Positions 40,301 to 49,773 of a stretch of DNA of 64,000 nt are shown piece by piece; positions within the stretch are counted from its first letter, which is position 1; the number at the start of each line of letters is the position of its first letter. This stretch comes from Candidatus Latescibacterota bacterium (GTDB lineage: Bacteria > Latescibacterota > UBA2968 > UBA8231). The notes beneath the pieces were generated by a model, which did no database searches, was not told where the DNA came from, and saw only the letters and a list, made by a program, of their open reading frames with translations. The stretch lies in assembly GCA_965204725.1 (NCBI GenBank), contig OZ242005.1, forward strand, positions 5,317,244 to 5,381,243. The letters are read 5' to 3'. Made by a program: the position numbers and the translations under genes.

Positions 40301-40660
40301 CTCGAACTCCTTTACCGCTGGCAGGTCGGGCAGCGCGGCCGGGTCGTGGACTAGGTGCCGGAGCGCGATGAGCGTATGGGTCTTGCCGCCGCCGTAGTTG
40401 ACCGCCAGCTTCCGGTACGCCTTGTCGCTTGTACCGGCCAAGCGCTGGGCCACGTCTTTGACCAGTTCTCGCAGATTGTAGGTGGGATAGGTGAGCGCGA
40501 AGAACGCGGCGGGATGTTCGTACACGGGCCGCTGGCCCTTCTGCATGACCACGTCGTATAAGTCGGCGGCGAACACGGCCAGCGACAATTCGCCGGTCTT
40601 TAGGTCGTCGCGCAGTTGCACGACCTCGTGCCAAGGTTTATAGGCAGGCTTTGTTGTCAT
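37388..40660 (-). CDS. DUF499-family P-loop ATPase
   Basis: PW..V.LR.D....FAADL, FFALTYPT, YGGGKTH, LLDE, YPFHP, GFQRTRGILR. Confidence 0.9.
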   Translation of the reverse strand: MTTKPAYKPWHEVVQLRDDLKTGELSLAVFAADLYDVVMQKGQRPVYEHPAAFFALTYPTYNLRELVKDVAQRLAGTSDKAYRKLAVNYGGGKTHTLIALRHLVHDPAALPDLPAVKEFEAHIGFKAPKARVAALCFDKIDLEKGVETPSPDGTVRMLKHPWSILAFQLAGADGLRLIHADGKDAERGTPPAEPLVAELLSKPQQDDLSTLVLLDEVLMYIRAQVEADPEVRGHLISFFQYLTQAVVKVDRCAMVASLLASDPRKHDDFGNELLRDMSEVFGRQTEEDASPVGKEDVAEVLRRRFFKPESIRDPSVFRPHVTAVVGSIAALDEQTQKERASAEERYLSSYPFHPDLTDIFYTRWTQLNGFQRTRGILRTFAIALRDAEKWDTSPLVGPNVFLNDPKKNGLAEAAGELASFASVDTDTGKHQAWRPILEGELAKAHTIQSEATGLSHRQMEQAVIAVFLSSQPIGHKILTQELMVLIGAAHLDKIELEKALRRWTELSWFLDEVEVATGKAWRLGNRPNLRQMHHDACNTRVPTPLVESQIISAIEKQKMLTSGASAAGAKVHNLPQRPRDIADDGAFHYGILGPQAASESGKPSAEAKRFIDETTAPDRPRVYRNAIVLAVPSRDGLDAARTRMREYLGWEEVRDQLKNQPIDPIREQMLTHETESARKRVPEAIRQAYSVVVTVNERNEVHAFKVVVTDEPLFTTIKADPRARIQETAISSEAMMPGGPYDLWREGEDARRVKDLVGAFAQFPKLPKMLRQKEILDTVVQGVQQGIWVARVARPDHTARTFWRTAIEEPALKDSGLEVLLPEAATLSDLAPDLLGYQKLPGLWSAAEISVQGVYDYFAGGHTVSVPREGYEEILTIPKCEPAEVEAAIAQAVEQGLVWLTSGPASILKEPVPAGVLSAAAILRPPPERIAVDELMAKSLPNAWKDSKTNALALATALSTKRDVNLPWSTVQSAIEDGIRARWIELSNDSTAWPCDLAGAQQVILQVPSTVREELPAPKPRGLLMAEGVLEANGIQDLADQIPSITKAAVGNALKFNVRIEFGGETAPDPAAVEEINALLAEVSDKLKLN

Positions 40661-40794
40661 GTCGTCCTCGTTGATTCCGTGAATGCTTAGATAGAAGGAT
40701 AGATCCGCACCGCATCTATGGGCCGGATTTCAGCAATCGCTCGATTTTGGACCAGTGCCGCTAAATTATCGATCTTACGCTTACTTCCCGTGCG

Positions 40795-41097
40795 TTAGGT
40801 CTGCACGGCCTCGCGGTTGTTGAGTGTTGGCAGTGCTCTAATACCCTCGCCTATTTCCTTTTCAGCAATCCGCAACTCATAGAGCTTCTGCAAATTCAGC
40901 CAAAACTCTGCACTGGTATTAAAAAAATGAGCCAATCTCAGGGCCGTGTCGCCAGTGATAGCACGTCGCCCGTTGAGGATTTCGGTGATTCGACTGGCGG
41001 GCACCTCAATTTGTCGTGCGAGTGATGCTGCGCTCATATCGAGCACTCTCAACTCTTCGGCGAGGTGTTCCCCCGGATGAATTGCAGGTATGGTCAT
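40795..41097 (-). CDS. higA: HigA-family HTH antitoxin (no adjacent HigB)
   Basis: IHPGEHL.EE, RITEILNGRRAITGDTALRL..FF.TSAEFWLNLQ..YEL. Confidence 0.9.
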   Translation of the reverse strand: MTIPAIHPGEHLAEELRVLDMSAASLARQIEVPASRITEILNGRRAITGDTALRLAHFFNTSAEFWLNLQKLYELRIAEKEIGEGIRALPTLNNREAVQT

Positions 41098-41105
41098 GAC
41101 TGTTT

Positions 41106-41218
41106 CTCTCTGCCTCGGCACTTGGACATCGTCACGGGCGGCTAGGTGGTTGCTAGGGCTTCGAGAACCGCCTGCTCGTCGGAACCAGCGTCGGTCAATT
41201 CGATGAGGGCTTGCAGGA
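41106..41218 (-). pseudogene. Degenerate duplicate of the 3' end of the DUF1156 gene (44446-44559)
   Basis: Encodes LQALIELTDAGSDEQAVLEAL/SNHLAARDDVQVPRQR versus LQALIELAAAGSDERATLEALSNHAAARDDVQAPRQR; 1-nt indel. Confidence 0.88.
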
Positions 41219-41272
41219 ACACTTTAGGCTCCAGATCGGGTATCCAAACGGTGAACCAGTGGCCGCGTAATG

Positions 41273-43261
41273 TCAGGATGCAGAGTTCTCAAATGACTCG
41301 ATCTCGTCTAATAGTTTCTTGATTCGGCCTTTGTCTTTGCTCTTTTCGCGGTATTTTTGGTAGCTTGCTTCTGCGTCGCGGATAAGCTGCTGGTAGGTAA
41401 TCACGCGGATATTTCTTGCTTCCATGGATCTTTCCGACATTTGCCGCCTTGCTGGATTTTCCCAATCGCTGAGTTCTCTGCCGACCAAACAAACGACCTC
41501 TATGGAACTGCTTTCATTCGGTGTTTGTAGTTGTAGTTGTTTATTCAATGCCTGTATATACTTATCGACTTGCTCCATAAGGCGGTTGCTTGAAGTGATA
41601 ACAGACCCTCTTTTTAGCTCAATGATTACGTGCTTACCTGACGTCTTCTTGTATAGAATATCTATCCGCCCCCGCTTTTCTTCATTACTCAACTTGTCGT
41701 TGTCGGAAATTTTCTTAAAAGCCGTAGTAATCGACTGTTCTAAGGTGGGTGGTGTGTCCGTAGCCATATCCCACGACGGGTCTAGTAGCCAGAGATGGTT
41801 ATAAATATGATCCTGAATAATCTTTTCTAGTGCATCTTCTGTAATGTCTTTTGACAACTTTTTAATAACATCTAAGCGGCCCTCAGTGATTTGGTAATAC
41901 CACGATGCTTCTATATCATCTAGCTCGGAAAAGAGTTTTACGGCGACTTCAAGATTGTTGATGTCAAGCTGTTCTAATTCATTTAGCTTTTCTTTGTGTC
42001 GCAAGTGTTCAAATGCTAAAACTCCATGTTTATATAGCGTCTTTCTGTGATCTTCGTCTGTCGCGATTTGGTTGATCTTGCCGAACAATTTTTCGGCGGC
42101 GGTTTTAGTATCTCCCTTCAATGACTCATACCATTCCTTGAGCGCGGGAATCTCACGGGCTTGCTTCACTCCTTCTTCATCCTTTAGTTTTGCTCGTTCT
42201 GTTGCTAAATGTTTGAGTTCCCGTTCGACAAATGTTCTCAGTTGCACAAATCGATCATCGCTTTGAATAAAATCTTGCCTACTGGACGTGGCAATATCCT
42301 CTTCCTCGGTTGAGTCGAGGAAGTCGGCTTCCAATTCGCCTATGACGTACTTTGTATATAGCCCACCTTCTCGGAATGAGTCCAAGATGTCTTCCAATGC
42401 AACCTTTCCCCTAGCGAGAATGGATACTTTATTCAGATTATCTGCGCCTTCCTGTAAGGTTCCTGATTCTTTGACCAAACCAATCCAGCCGCGCACAGCA
42501 TATTGTTCTTGCTTATCTACTGTATTTTTCTCGCGCTGAACGACATATCTCTTATCGTGCTCAAATTTGGACTTGTCGAAGTCGCCATAGACCAAGGCGT
42601 ATTCCAGCTTTCCGAAATAGTTCCTGTCTTGTAGGGTTATCTCGTCATCATTGACAAACACTTGAAAGTCTTCGGAAATAACCGAAAAGCGGCGAGCCAC
42701 GCGCTGGCGCAGATGGGTGTCCAGTGATGAGTTCACCCGTTTCTTGAGGTCGTGCAGAACGATTGCCGTGCCAGAAGGTCCCAAATTGATTGCCTTCGGC
42801 ACATCTATGACGGGAGGGTGATACTTTCGTTTGTTTTCTATTGCTTCTTGGATTTTTTCGACATCTAATTCAATCGCCAGAGGACCGGTATTCTTCTTCT
42901 TTGTAAAGACCTGTACTTTCCTTGCAATAGACAAGACAGACAGTTTGCCAATGCCCTTTCTCCCCATAACAGGCCGCCCCTTGTCTACTGTCTGGTCTCC
43001 ACCCCCTTTGATCCGGCGTTGATAACCGACGGTTAGAAATTTTTCACGCAAATCTGCGTCGTCCATTCCGCAGCCATCGTCTTTAATGACAATCTGCTTA
43101 CCGTCATTTTGTCCTTTTACGGATACATCGACCCGAGCGGCGTCGGCATCCCAAGCATTGGCAATTAGCTCAGCGAGGACGGCGGGAACGTTGCTATACA
43201 GATTTAGACCCAAATGATTGAGCACATTCAAGTCAATATCCAAAATATATTCTTTAGACAT
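41273..43261 (-). CDS. GHKL/MORC ATPase fused to PD-(D/E)XK nuclease (HgiDII/BbrUII-like restriction endonuclease)
   Basis: ELIANAWDA, DDGCGM, GRKGIGK; HLWLLDPSW, RIDI...IIELKR; AT-rich; overlaps the methylase by 8 bp. Confidence 0.85.
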   Translation of the reverse strand: MSKEYILDIDLNVLNHLGLNLYSNVPAVLAELIANAWDADAARVDVSVKGQNDGKQIVIKDDGCGMDDADLREKFLTVGYQRRIKGGGDQTVDKGRPVMGRKGIGKLSVLSIARKVQVFTKKKNTGPLAIELDVEKIQEAIENKRKYHPPVIDVPKAINLGPSGTAIVLHDLKKRVNSSLDTHLRQRVARRFSVISEDFQVFVNDDEITLQDRNYFGKLEYALVYGDFDKSKFEHDKRYVVQREKNTVDKQEQYAVRGWIGLVKESGTLQEGADNLNKVSILARGKVALEDILDSFREGGLYTKYVIGELEADFLDSTEEEDIATSSRQDFIQSDDRFVQLRTFVERELKHLATERAKLKDEEGVKQAREIPALKEWYESLKGDTKTAAEKLFGKINQIATDEDHRKTLYKHGVLAFEHLRHKEKLNELEQLDINNLEVAVKLFSELDDIEASWYYQITEGRLDVIKKLSKDITEDALEKIIQDHIYNHLWLLDPSWDMATDTPPTLEQSITTAFKKISDNDKLSNEEKRGRIDILYKKTSGKHVIIELKRGSVITSSNRLMEQVDKYIQALNKQLQLQTPNESSSIEVVCLVGRELSDWENPARRQMSERSMEARNIRVITYQQLIRDAEASYQKYREKSKDKGRIKKLLDEIESFENSAS

Positions 43262-44336
43262 TTCTTTTCTCTCTTTTTACCAAATGATCTGTAATTGCCC
43301 TGCCGATAGCGGATGCTAAAGCCGGCGGAACGGCGTTGCCGATTTGACGGCCAACTTTCGTAAAGAACGCTTTTTCGCCCGGAGCGATAAACTGGTATTG
43401 TTCGGGAAAGGTTTGTAGGATTGCACCTTCTCGCAAGCTCAAAGCCCGGTCTTGTTCTGGATGGCCATAGCGTCCCGTTCCATAACGATAGAACTGTGTA
43501 GTCAGGGTCGGTGCGGGCTTATCCCACTGCATACGTCCGTAAACACTTCCATAGCTCAAACCGCTATCTTTCTTATAGCAATCTGGCAATAATGCAGTGG
43601 GCCAATCTTGCCAACTCCTACCGGGTCTTGAGGCTTGGATTCGCTTGAGGTTGATTGGATCTAACCGAGAGCAAACATGCAGCGGATCCGCCTCACTTGA
43701 TTGTCCATGTTCAAGAGGACATAAATGTCCAATCGCTTGCTTAACTGTTTTAAGACCTGCCTCGTGAAAAAGGGGTTCTTTGGCTACGGATTTTGGCATA
43801 TCAATCGTACCCAACAAAGACGCCAACATAACCAAACGGCGGCGCTTTTGTGGAACCCCAAAGTCGTCACAAGAGATGATACCGTCGGCAATTTTATACC
43901 CTGCATCAGTCAACTCGTGCTTAAATTCATGGTAAATGGACTTACCCATGAGTTGGGGCACGTTTTCCATTGATATGATCTCTGGCCGACCTTCGAGAAT
44001 TATGCGGAGAAATTCATCAATTAGATTCCATCTCTCATCGGATTGCTTCCTTTTTGCCGTGTGACTGGAGAATGGTTGGCAGGGAGCACAGCCGACGAGT
44101 ATGCGATATTCTGCGTCATCAAAATATGTCGAAATATCGGAAAAAGAGAGTGCTCTAATATCCGCTTCGACAAAAGTTGCTCCGCAGTTCTTTTCGTAAG
44201 CATAACGACACGAGCTATCAATATCTAGACCGGCCTTGACGGTGATTCCTGCCTCCTGTAGCCCATACGTCAACCCGCCAATGCTACAGAACATATCAAA
44301 TACTTGTGCGTTTAATTGATTCAGTGATTCACGCAT
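43254..44336 (-). CDS. DNA (cytosine-5)-methyltransferase
   Basis: DMFCSIGG, GCAPCQPFS, ENV, PQKRRR, REGAILQTFP, QIGNAVPP. Confidence 0.93.
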   Translation of the reverse strand: MRESLNQLNAQVFDMFCSIGGLTYGLQEAGITVKAGLDIDSSCRYAYEKNCGATFVEADIRALSFSDISTYFDDAEYRILVGCAPCQPFSSHTAKRKQSDERWNLIDEFLRIILEGRPEIISMENVPQLMGKSIYHEFKHELTDAGYKIADGIISCDDFGVPQKRRRLVMLASLLGTIDMPKSVAKEPLFHEAGLKTVKQAIGHLCPLEHGQSSEADPLHVCSRLDPINLKRIQASRPGRSWQDWPTALLPDCYKKDSGLSYGSVYGRMQWDKPAPTLTTQFYRYGTGRYGHPEQDRALSLREGAILQTFPEQYQFIAPGEKAFFTKVGRQIGNAVPPALASAIGRAITDHLVKREKRNV

Positions 44337-44419
44337 GAAATCGCCTCACAATCGCTATTGCACCCTTAACTATGACGGCGGTAGTACTGGCTCAATCTAA
44401 GAGGGATATTGGCACCTTG

Positions 44420-47400
44420 TCAACGTTGATCGCCAAATTGAAGTGCTCTCTGTCTGGGGGCCTGAACATCGTCGCGGGCGGCGGCGTGGTTGCTTAGGGC
44501 TTCGAGAGTTGCCCGCTCGTCGGAGCCGGCCGCGGCTAGTTCGATGAGGGCTTGGAGGAGCTGATTGAACAGGGCGTTGCGCTGGAGGCCGCGGGTGTCG
44601 AGGTAATCGTCCACTTTGACTTGGTCGCCGGCGCGCCACAGGTGCATGAGCTTGTGGACTTGGTCTATGAGGGGGGCGGGGCGTCCGCCCGGTGCTCCGA
44701 GACCGAGGTTGCGGCCCTGCCGCCGGTTATAAGGCTTGAGCTTGACTTTGGTGCCGCCGCCGGTCTCTTCCGCGTCCTCGGGTGGGTCGTCCTCGTCGCT
44801 GGCTGCTCCCTTGCCCGGTTGGGCGAGGAGGTCGTGCTGGTTGACGAGGGCTGTGTCGGAGAGGTTGCACGACAGGGCGTAGAGGATGCAGCCGCCGATG
44901 GGGGCTTCTTCCATGCCGAAGTCGTGGCGATGGAGCAGGTAGTACGTGGTTACGTCGTCGAGGCCGGTTGCGGCTTCCTGGCCGTCGCGGGTGAGTACGC
45001 GACCGACGACGAAATCGACGACCATGCGCCGCACTGCGCGTAGGAACTCCGAGACGGACATGAGTTGGTTCGGGTCGTTGGCCTTCTTGACGACGGGGTG
45101 CTTGCTGAAGGCTTCGAGGGCCGGGCCGGTTGCGGCCCACACGAAGTCTGGTCCGCGAATGCCGGCGTCCCAGAAGTCGCGGAGTTGTTGGGTGATGTTG
45201 TCGCGCATTTCGTTGAGGACGGTGTTGTCCCAGCCGGGGCGGGCAAGGGGGCGTTTTTTGCAGACGATCCACACGGAGGAGGACAACGCGGCGGACGCCA
45301 TCGCACGAGTCCGAGTGCCCATCTCGGTCTGGATGGGCCACGAGCCATCGACGACAAAACCGGCTCGGATCAGGGCGGCTACCAGTGTCTCCCAAGCATC
45401 GGGATGTTTGTTGGCGAACACGACCACGAGCCGCCCGTCCGGTTGCAACGCAGCATGACAAGCCCGGAACGAGCGGGCCATGCCGTCTTCATAATTCTGC
45501 TTGGATCGCTTTTTGTCGCCACCAAATCGGCTGGCATCGTCAATGAGTTCACCATCCTCTGCGTCGTGATTCCATTTGGGGCCGAGAGCATCGGAGAAGA
45601 CGGTCTCAATTTCGGCGGACAATCCTAAAGTTGAGCGTCTCAACCAGACATAGAAGAAGTCCATGAGGTCGGAATAGGGGATGGCGTCGTAGTAGGGTGG
45701 GTCGGTAAGAATGGCGTCGTATTCCCCTGATGTTTTAGCAGCACTGGTAGCTTGTACGTTTGTTACTTCTGCTGATTGGGCTGATTCGAGTATGTGGTCA
45801 ACACAACGTGAAACCCAATCAAGCGCACCAAGATAGTTGCCAGAGGAATCCGATAACGGATTGACTTCGGTATAATCCCACACAATCGGAAGGGCAAAGC
45901 GCCCAAAGGTGTGTCCAATTTTCTCTCCGCTGTTGTGCCAAGAGCAGATCGCGCTGGAGTAGTCGGCCAGCCGATCATTCACGAGTGCGAGATTTGCAAC
46001 CAGTGCCTCACGCCAACTCTCCGGCCAACTATCGAGTTCTTGCATCAGGTTCCGAAGGGTCAGAACAAATTCTCCAAGCGCCAATAGCTGCCGATTCGTA
46101 AACAGCTTCCGCCACGTGTCGAAGCCGTAACCATCCACCGAGAACGCTCGCGACGCGCCGGTTCCTGCTTTGGGCGTCTGTTCCTCCGGCAACCCAAACG
46201 GAATGTCCGCATACAGCCCTTGAAGCTGATCCTCAGTCACTTCTGCCACCGCCCGCTCATGGTCCATCGGCAAACGATATTCCTTCCCCTTCCCCTTCGG
46301 CCCATCCACCACCACAGCCGTCATCACTGCGCCCAACCGCCCAGCGCGGCCTTCAAACCGAATATCTTCCATCGCCATGATCGCGCCGCAGCACGGGCAA
46401 GTTGCGCCCGTGCGCGACATAGTGCCCGCGCCAACGCGCTTGTCGTGCTCCCGCCGCTGCGCCGCATTGCCGCCGTTGTGCGGCACATCATTCTGGACGC
46501 CAAAGACGACGCCTGTCTGATCGGCTTTAGGCTCCATCGTCAGCAGCACGCGCTTTCTGTCCTTCTTGCACAACCAGCGCGTCTTGAGCAGCGGCAGAGG
46601 GACGCGGCATTGTTTGCAAGTCACAGTCCGCGCCCACAGATAGGCCACCGTCGGCTTGGCGACCCAGCGCGGATTGCGCGGGTCGGCGAGATAGGCGTCG
46701 TCAAATTCGGCATTGAGCGGATCGACCTGCGGAACGCCCGCATCGTCAACCTCTAAAAGCCGTCTGGGGCGCGGCTCACACTCCTCGCCCAGCTTCAGCG
46801 GCTCAAACTCGGCATACGTCGGATAGTACGCCGCCAACTCCGTCCGCGCCTTGGCCAACACCCACCGGCCCCAAGCCCGCACATGCCAAGCGAGGTCCGC
46901 CTCAAGGATGGGATCATCCTGTTGCAAAAAATCGAGCTGAACTTCGCCGCCATCGCCGTGGCCGAGCCGCTCCAACAGGGTTCGCAAGTTAGCCCCCTTA
47001 AACCCCTTCGCCTTGAGGAACGCCGCCATAAATTCGCCATCCTCCAGCGCGAACTTGGGCAGCGGACGAGTCTGACCAGAGAGCTTCTGCGGATATTCGA
47101 GGGTACACTTGAGGATGAACCAAGCCACCGGATTGATGTCCATAGCGGTCACGTCGCAGCCGAGACGCATAGCTTCAAGCGGAATGGCCCCACCGCCCGC
47201 GAACGGGTCCAGCACCTTGGGCGCCCGGCCATACACCTTGCGAATCTCGTCGCGGAACCATTGAAGATCCGGCCCATTCTCCCGCCCCCAATGGAGAATA
47301 CCCCCAACCGTCTCCTCCTTCACCTTCTCCACCACGCGCCCCCCTACCCGCTTGCGCTCAATCGTCTCCACCACGCGCCCGGCCAGCCGCTCCAGCATCT

Positions 47401-47602
47401 CCTGCCGTTGCTTGTGATTGCCGGGATCGGCCAGCAACGTCGCAATCAGCGCCGCCCGCGACGCCGCAAGGGGCCGCCGCGCCGGCCAAATATGCAGCGT
47501 CGAGATATGCCCATGCCGCACATTCTTCTCATGGACCGAGTCGAGCGACGCCTGCTTGAGAGGGAAGGCGACTTCGATGAGACGTTTGTCATTGGGGGTC
47601 AT
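44420..47602 (-). CDS. DUF1156-domain adenine-specific DNA methyltransferase with Zn ribbon
   Basis: LHIWPARRPL, VLDPFAGGGAIPLEA, CKQC/CPCC, TDPPYYD, YSDLMDFFYVW. Confidence 0.92.
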   Translation of the reverse strand: MTPNDKRLIEVAFPLKQASLDSVHEKNVRHGHISTLHIWPARRPLAASRAALIATLLADPGNHKQRQEMLERLAGRVVETIERKRVGGRVVEKVKEETVGGILHWGRENGPDLQWFRDEIRKVYGRAPKVLDPFAGGGAIPLEAMRLGCDVTAMDINPVAWFILKCTLEYPQKLSGQTRPLPKFALEDGEFMAAFLKAKGFKGANLRTLLERLGHGDGGEVQLDFLQQDDPILEADLAWHVRAWGRWVLAKARTELAAYYPTYAEFEPLKLGEECEPRPRRLLEVDDAGVPQVDPLNAEFDDAYLADPRNPRWVAKPTVAYLWARTVTCKQCRVPLPLLKTRWLCKKDRKRVLLTMEPKADQTGVVFGVQNDVPHNGGNAAQRREHDKRVGAGTMSRTGATCPCCGAIMAMEDIRFEGRAGRLGAVMTAVVVDGPKGKGKEYRLPMDHERAVAEVTEDQLQGLYADIPFGLPEEQTPKAGTGASRAFSVDGYGFDTWRKLFTNRQLLALGEFVLTLRNLMQELDSWPESWREALVANLALVNDRLADYSSAICSWHNSGEKIGHTFGRFALPIVWDYTEVNPLSDSSGNYLGALDWVSRCVDHILESAQSAEVTNVQATSAAKTSGEYDAILTDPPYYDAIPYSDLMDFFYVWLRRSTLGLSAEIETVFSDALGPKWNHDAEDGELIDDASRFGGDKKRSKQNYEDGMARSFRACHAALQPDGRLVVVFANKHPDAWETLVAALIRAGFVVDGSWPIQTEMGTRTRAMASAALSSSVWIVCKKRPLARPGWDNTVLNEMRDNITQQLRDFWDAGIRGPDFVWAATGPALEAFSKHPVVKKANDPNQLMSVSEFLRAVRRMVVDFVVGRVLTRDGQEAATGLDDVTTYYLLHRHDFGMEEAPIGGCILYALSCNLSDTALVNQHDLLAQPGKGAASDEDDPPEDAEETGGGTKVKLKPYNRRQGRNLGLGAPGGRPAPLIDQVHKLMHLWRAGDQVKVDDYLDTRGLQRNALFNQLLQALIELAAAGSDERATLEALSNHAAARDDVQAPRQRALQFGDQR

Positions 47603-47647
47603 GGGATGCTCTCATTAGTGATGAAGCTGCCTTCGCAGATATGCCAT

Positions 47648-49315
47648 CTATCTTCGTTTTCTTTCCCTGATTCCGAGAGCCCGTCGGTAGGTAGGGTGAA
47701 CTACTACGCGAGTATCGTCGTCTATTTCAGAAGGTGAGACCCCTTGCCCTAACTCATCGACCCAAGATGCACTTTCAAAGGACTCAAGTTTTAGACCGAC
47801 CAAACCGATCCTGTAGAACACCATAAATAGCGTCCGTTTGAAGTCATTCACATCTACTAAATCATTTGCGACGTTTCTTGCATGTTCTCGTAGTGGTCCA
47901 CGCCCCTCGGGGTGATCTATTGCCGATTTTAAGCAGAGCTCAGCAATATCATTGTATCCAACTTGACTCAACGGAAATGACGGAGGACGTTTTTTAAGGA
48001 TGTCCGCGTAGTCCAATAACCCTGGATAGTCTGCGTACCATTCATCTTCAAGTGCTCTTAGCCGTTGTCGTGAATACTCTCCCTCTGCACGTTTAAGAGT
48101 ATCCACATTCAGTCGAGGCATTCCTTCAGATGCTTCAATACACTTATTGAAAAAACTGATCACGTCTCGAGGTCTTTGGGCACGGTCAGTAATAAATTTC
48201 TTAATGGGTATTTTATATATCTGCCTAGGTAATAGATCCCGATGCGTAACACTTTTGTTTTTTTGGTATCGCCGTGCTACAAGTTCATCTACTCGCTTGT
48301 CTAGCACTTCGACTATCTGATCAGGAGACCAATGTAGGGGTAAGTACAAAGATTGGTATTTCTCCTCTTGGAATCCAGTGCCACGAACCAGTTTGAAAAC
48401 TCTGTCGATCAAGTCACGCCTGACAGCAACCAAAACCTTGACATTTGGTACTTTGCTGATCTCCTTCAGAGATTCCAGCAGTGCCATGATCAGCCGATAG
48501 CGTAGTTTCTCTTCGACCCAGTTTTCATCAAGACGATCAATTAGTATGTAGTAGTTCTTCTGTCTATCTGAAAGCACGTTTCTCAACAAACCAAGTACCT
48601 TGTTTAAGTCTTGGACTTGAGCCTCGCTGACTACACTCTGGCCTCGGTTCACTACTTCAATTCTATCCTCTTCTGAGAGGCGGGATGCCTTCTTGAGTGA
48701 CCCACCTGCCTTGAGTATGGAATTTTTTAATTTAATTTCAAGTCCATCTTTCAGCTTCTCCTCTATAGTTGTAGTGATTTCCTTGACTCGATACTCAGTC
48801 TCTATCCAGAAACTTTTACCCCATTCTTGAAGATATTGTACGGCCTGTCTTGAGTTTTTATCTTTGCGAGTTTGGCCTGAGAACATATCACTAAAGAAAT
48901 TCCACCATCGTCCGTCCTCTCTATCCGTGTGTGGCTCAAAATGCTTTCTCAGTACCTCAACCGTCAAAACATGGCGCCAGAGCAACTTGTAGAAGGGCTC
49001 TAGATTTACGCCGAGATCCGTAAAATACCTGATCACAGAGGAATTTGAAACGTAAGTAAGAGCAAGATCTTGAGGATCAATCGAAATGACCCGAGCCTCT
49101 TTCTCCTCCTGCTTGAGGCGTTCAAAGAGTGCCGACTTCCCCGAACCTGTCCGACCGAGAACAATCTGCCGAATGTCTTTTTGGTTCTTGAGAACTTCGT
49201 AGTCTCCAGTATCAACAAAGCAGGTTTCAAGAAATTCGGTATCATCCTCCGCACTGGCAGCACCGATTGTGTCCGTTCTTCGGAATCTAAATTCAGATTG
49301 ACGTCCCTTGGCCAT
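47648..49315 (-). CDS. P-loop ATPase (Sll1717/FunZ-like)
   Basis: G.ASAEDD..FL..CFV, GRTGSGKS, ILIDRLDE, RPRD, VHPTYRRAL; AT-rich. Confidence 0.8.
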   Translation of the reverse strand: MAKGRQSEFRFRRTDTIGAASAEDDTEFLETCFVDTGDYEVLKNQKDIRQIVLGRTGSGKSALFERLKQEEKEARVISIDPQDLALTYVSNSSVIRYFTDLGVNLEPFYKLLWRHVLTVEVLRKHFEPHTDREDGRWWNFFSDMFSGQTRKDKNSRQAVQYLQEWGKSFWIETEYRVKEITTTIEEKLKDGLEIKLKNSILKAGGSLKKASRLSEEDRIEVVNRGQSVVSEAQVQDLNKVLGLLRNVLSDRQKNYYILIDRLDENWVEEKLRYRLIMALLESLKEISKVPNVKVLVAVRRDLIDRVFKLVRGTGFQEEKYQSLYLPLHWSPDQIVEVLDKRVDELVARRYQKNKSVTHRDLLPRQIYKIPIKKFITDRAQRPRDVISFFNKCIEASEGMPRLNVDTLKRAEGEYSRQRLRALEDEWYADYPGLLDYADILKKRPPSFPLSQVGYNDIAELCLKSAIDHPEGRGPLREHARNVANDLVDVNDFKRTLFMVFYRIGLVGLKLESFESASWVDELGQGVSPSEIDDDTRVVVHPTYRRALGIRERKRR

Positions 49316-49373
49316 TTGACATAAACCCTTGTTTTTAGATGGATTGGCTCTTGATCTGAGCGGTCAGTTCCCC

Positions 49374-49739
49374 TCAACGCCTCCAGAGTCGGCGGGCTAT
49401 CGCCACCCGTTCCTGTTCCAGCCTTTGGGCAAGACCCTCTAACTGTTGCTGAACACTGGCATCAACTTGGCCGCTGAGGAGGTGCTCGCCAAGCTGTTTC
49501 AGACCCTCCAAAGGCTCGCCGGTATTCGACCGGAGCAAGCTATCCAAAGTCAGTGCCTCAACGGACTGCGATTCAAGGCCCTGATCACTGGCGTCAATGA
49601 GAAGCTGCCCGAGCTTCCTCTGCTCGGGACCGGGCGGGCTGGTTCCTCCCTGTCCCAGCCGCTTAATCACGTTGTCTATCAGGGTCCCATAAGCCACGAC
49701 CTCAGCATAAACCCCCCTCAACAAACTCAACCCACTCAT
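49374..49739 (-). CDS. Hypothetical alpha-helical protein
   Basis: GAGG RBS, co-oriented, fills the gap between protease and ATPase genes. Confidence 0.7.
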   Translation of the reverse strand: MSGLSLLRGVYAEVVAYGTLIDNVIKRLGQGGTSPPGPEQRKLGQLLIDASDQGLESQSVEALTLDSLLRSNTGEPLEGLKQLGEHLLSGQVDASVQQQLEGLAQRLEQERVAIARRLWRR

Positions 49740-49773
49740 GTCGCCACCTCTCTGAATATAGATGTAGGTGCTT

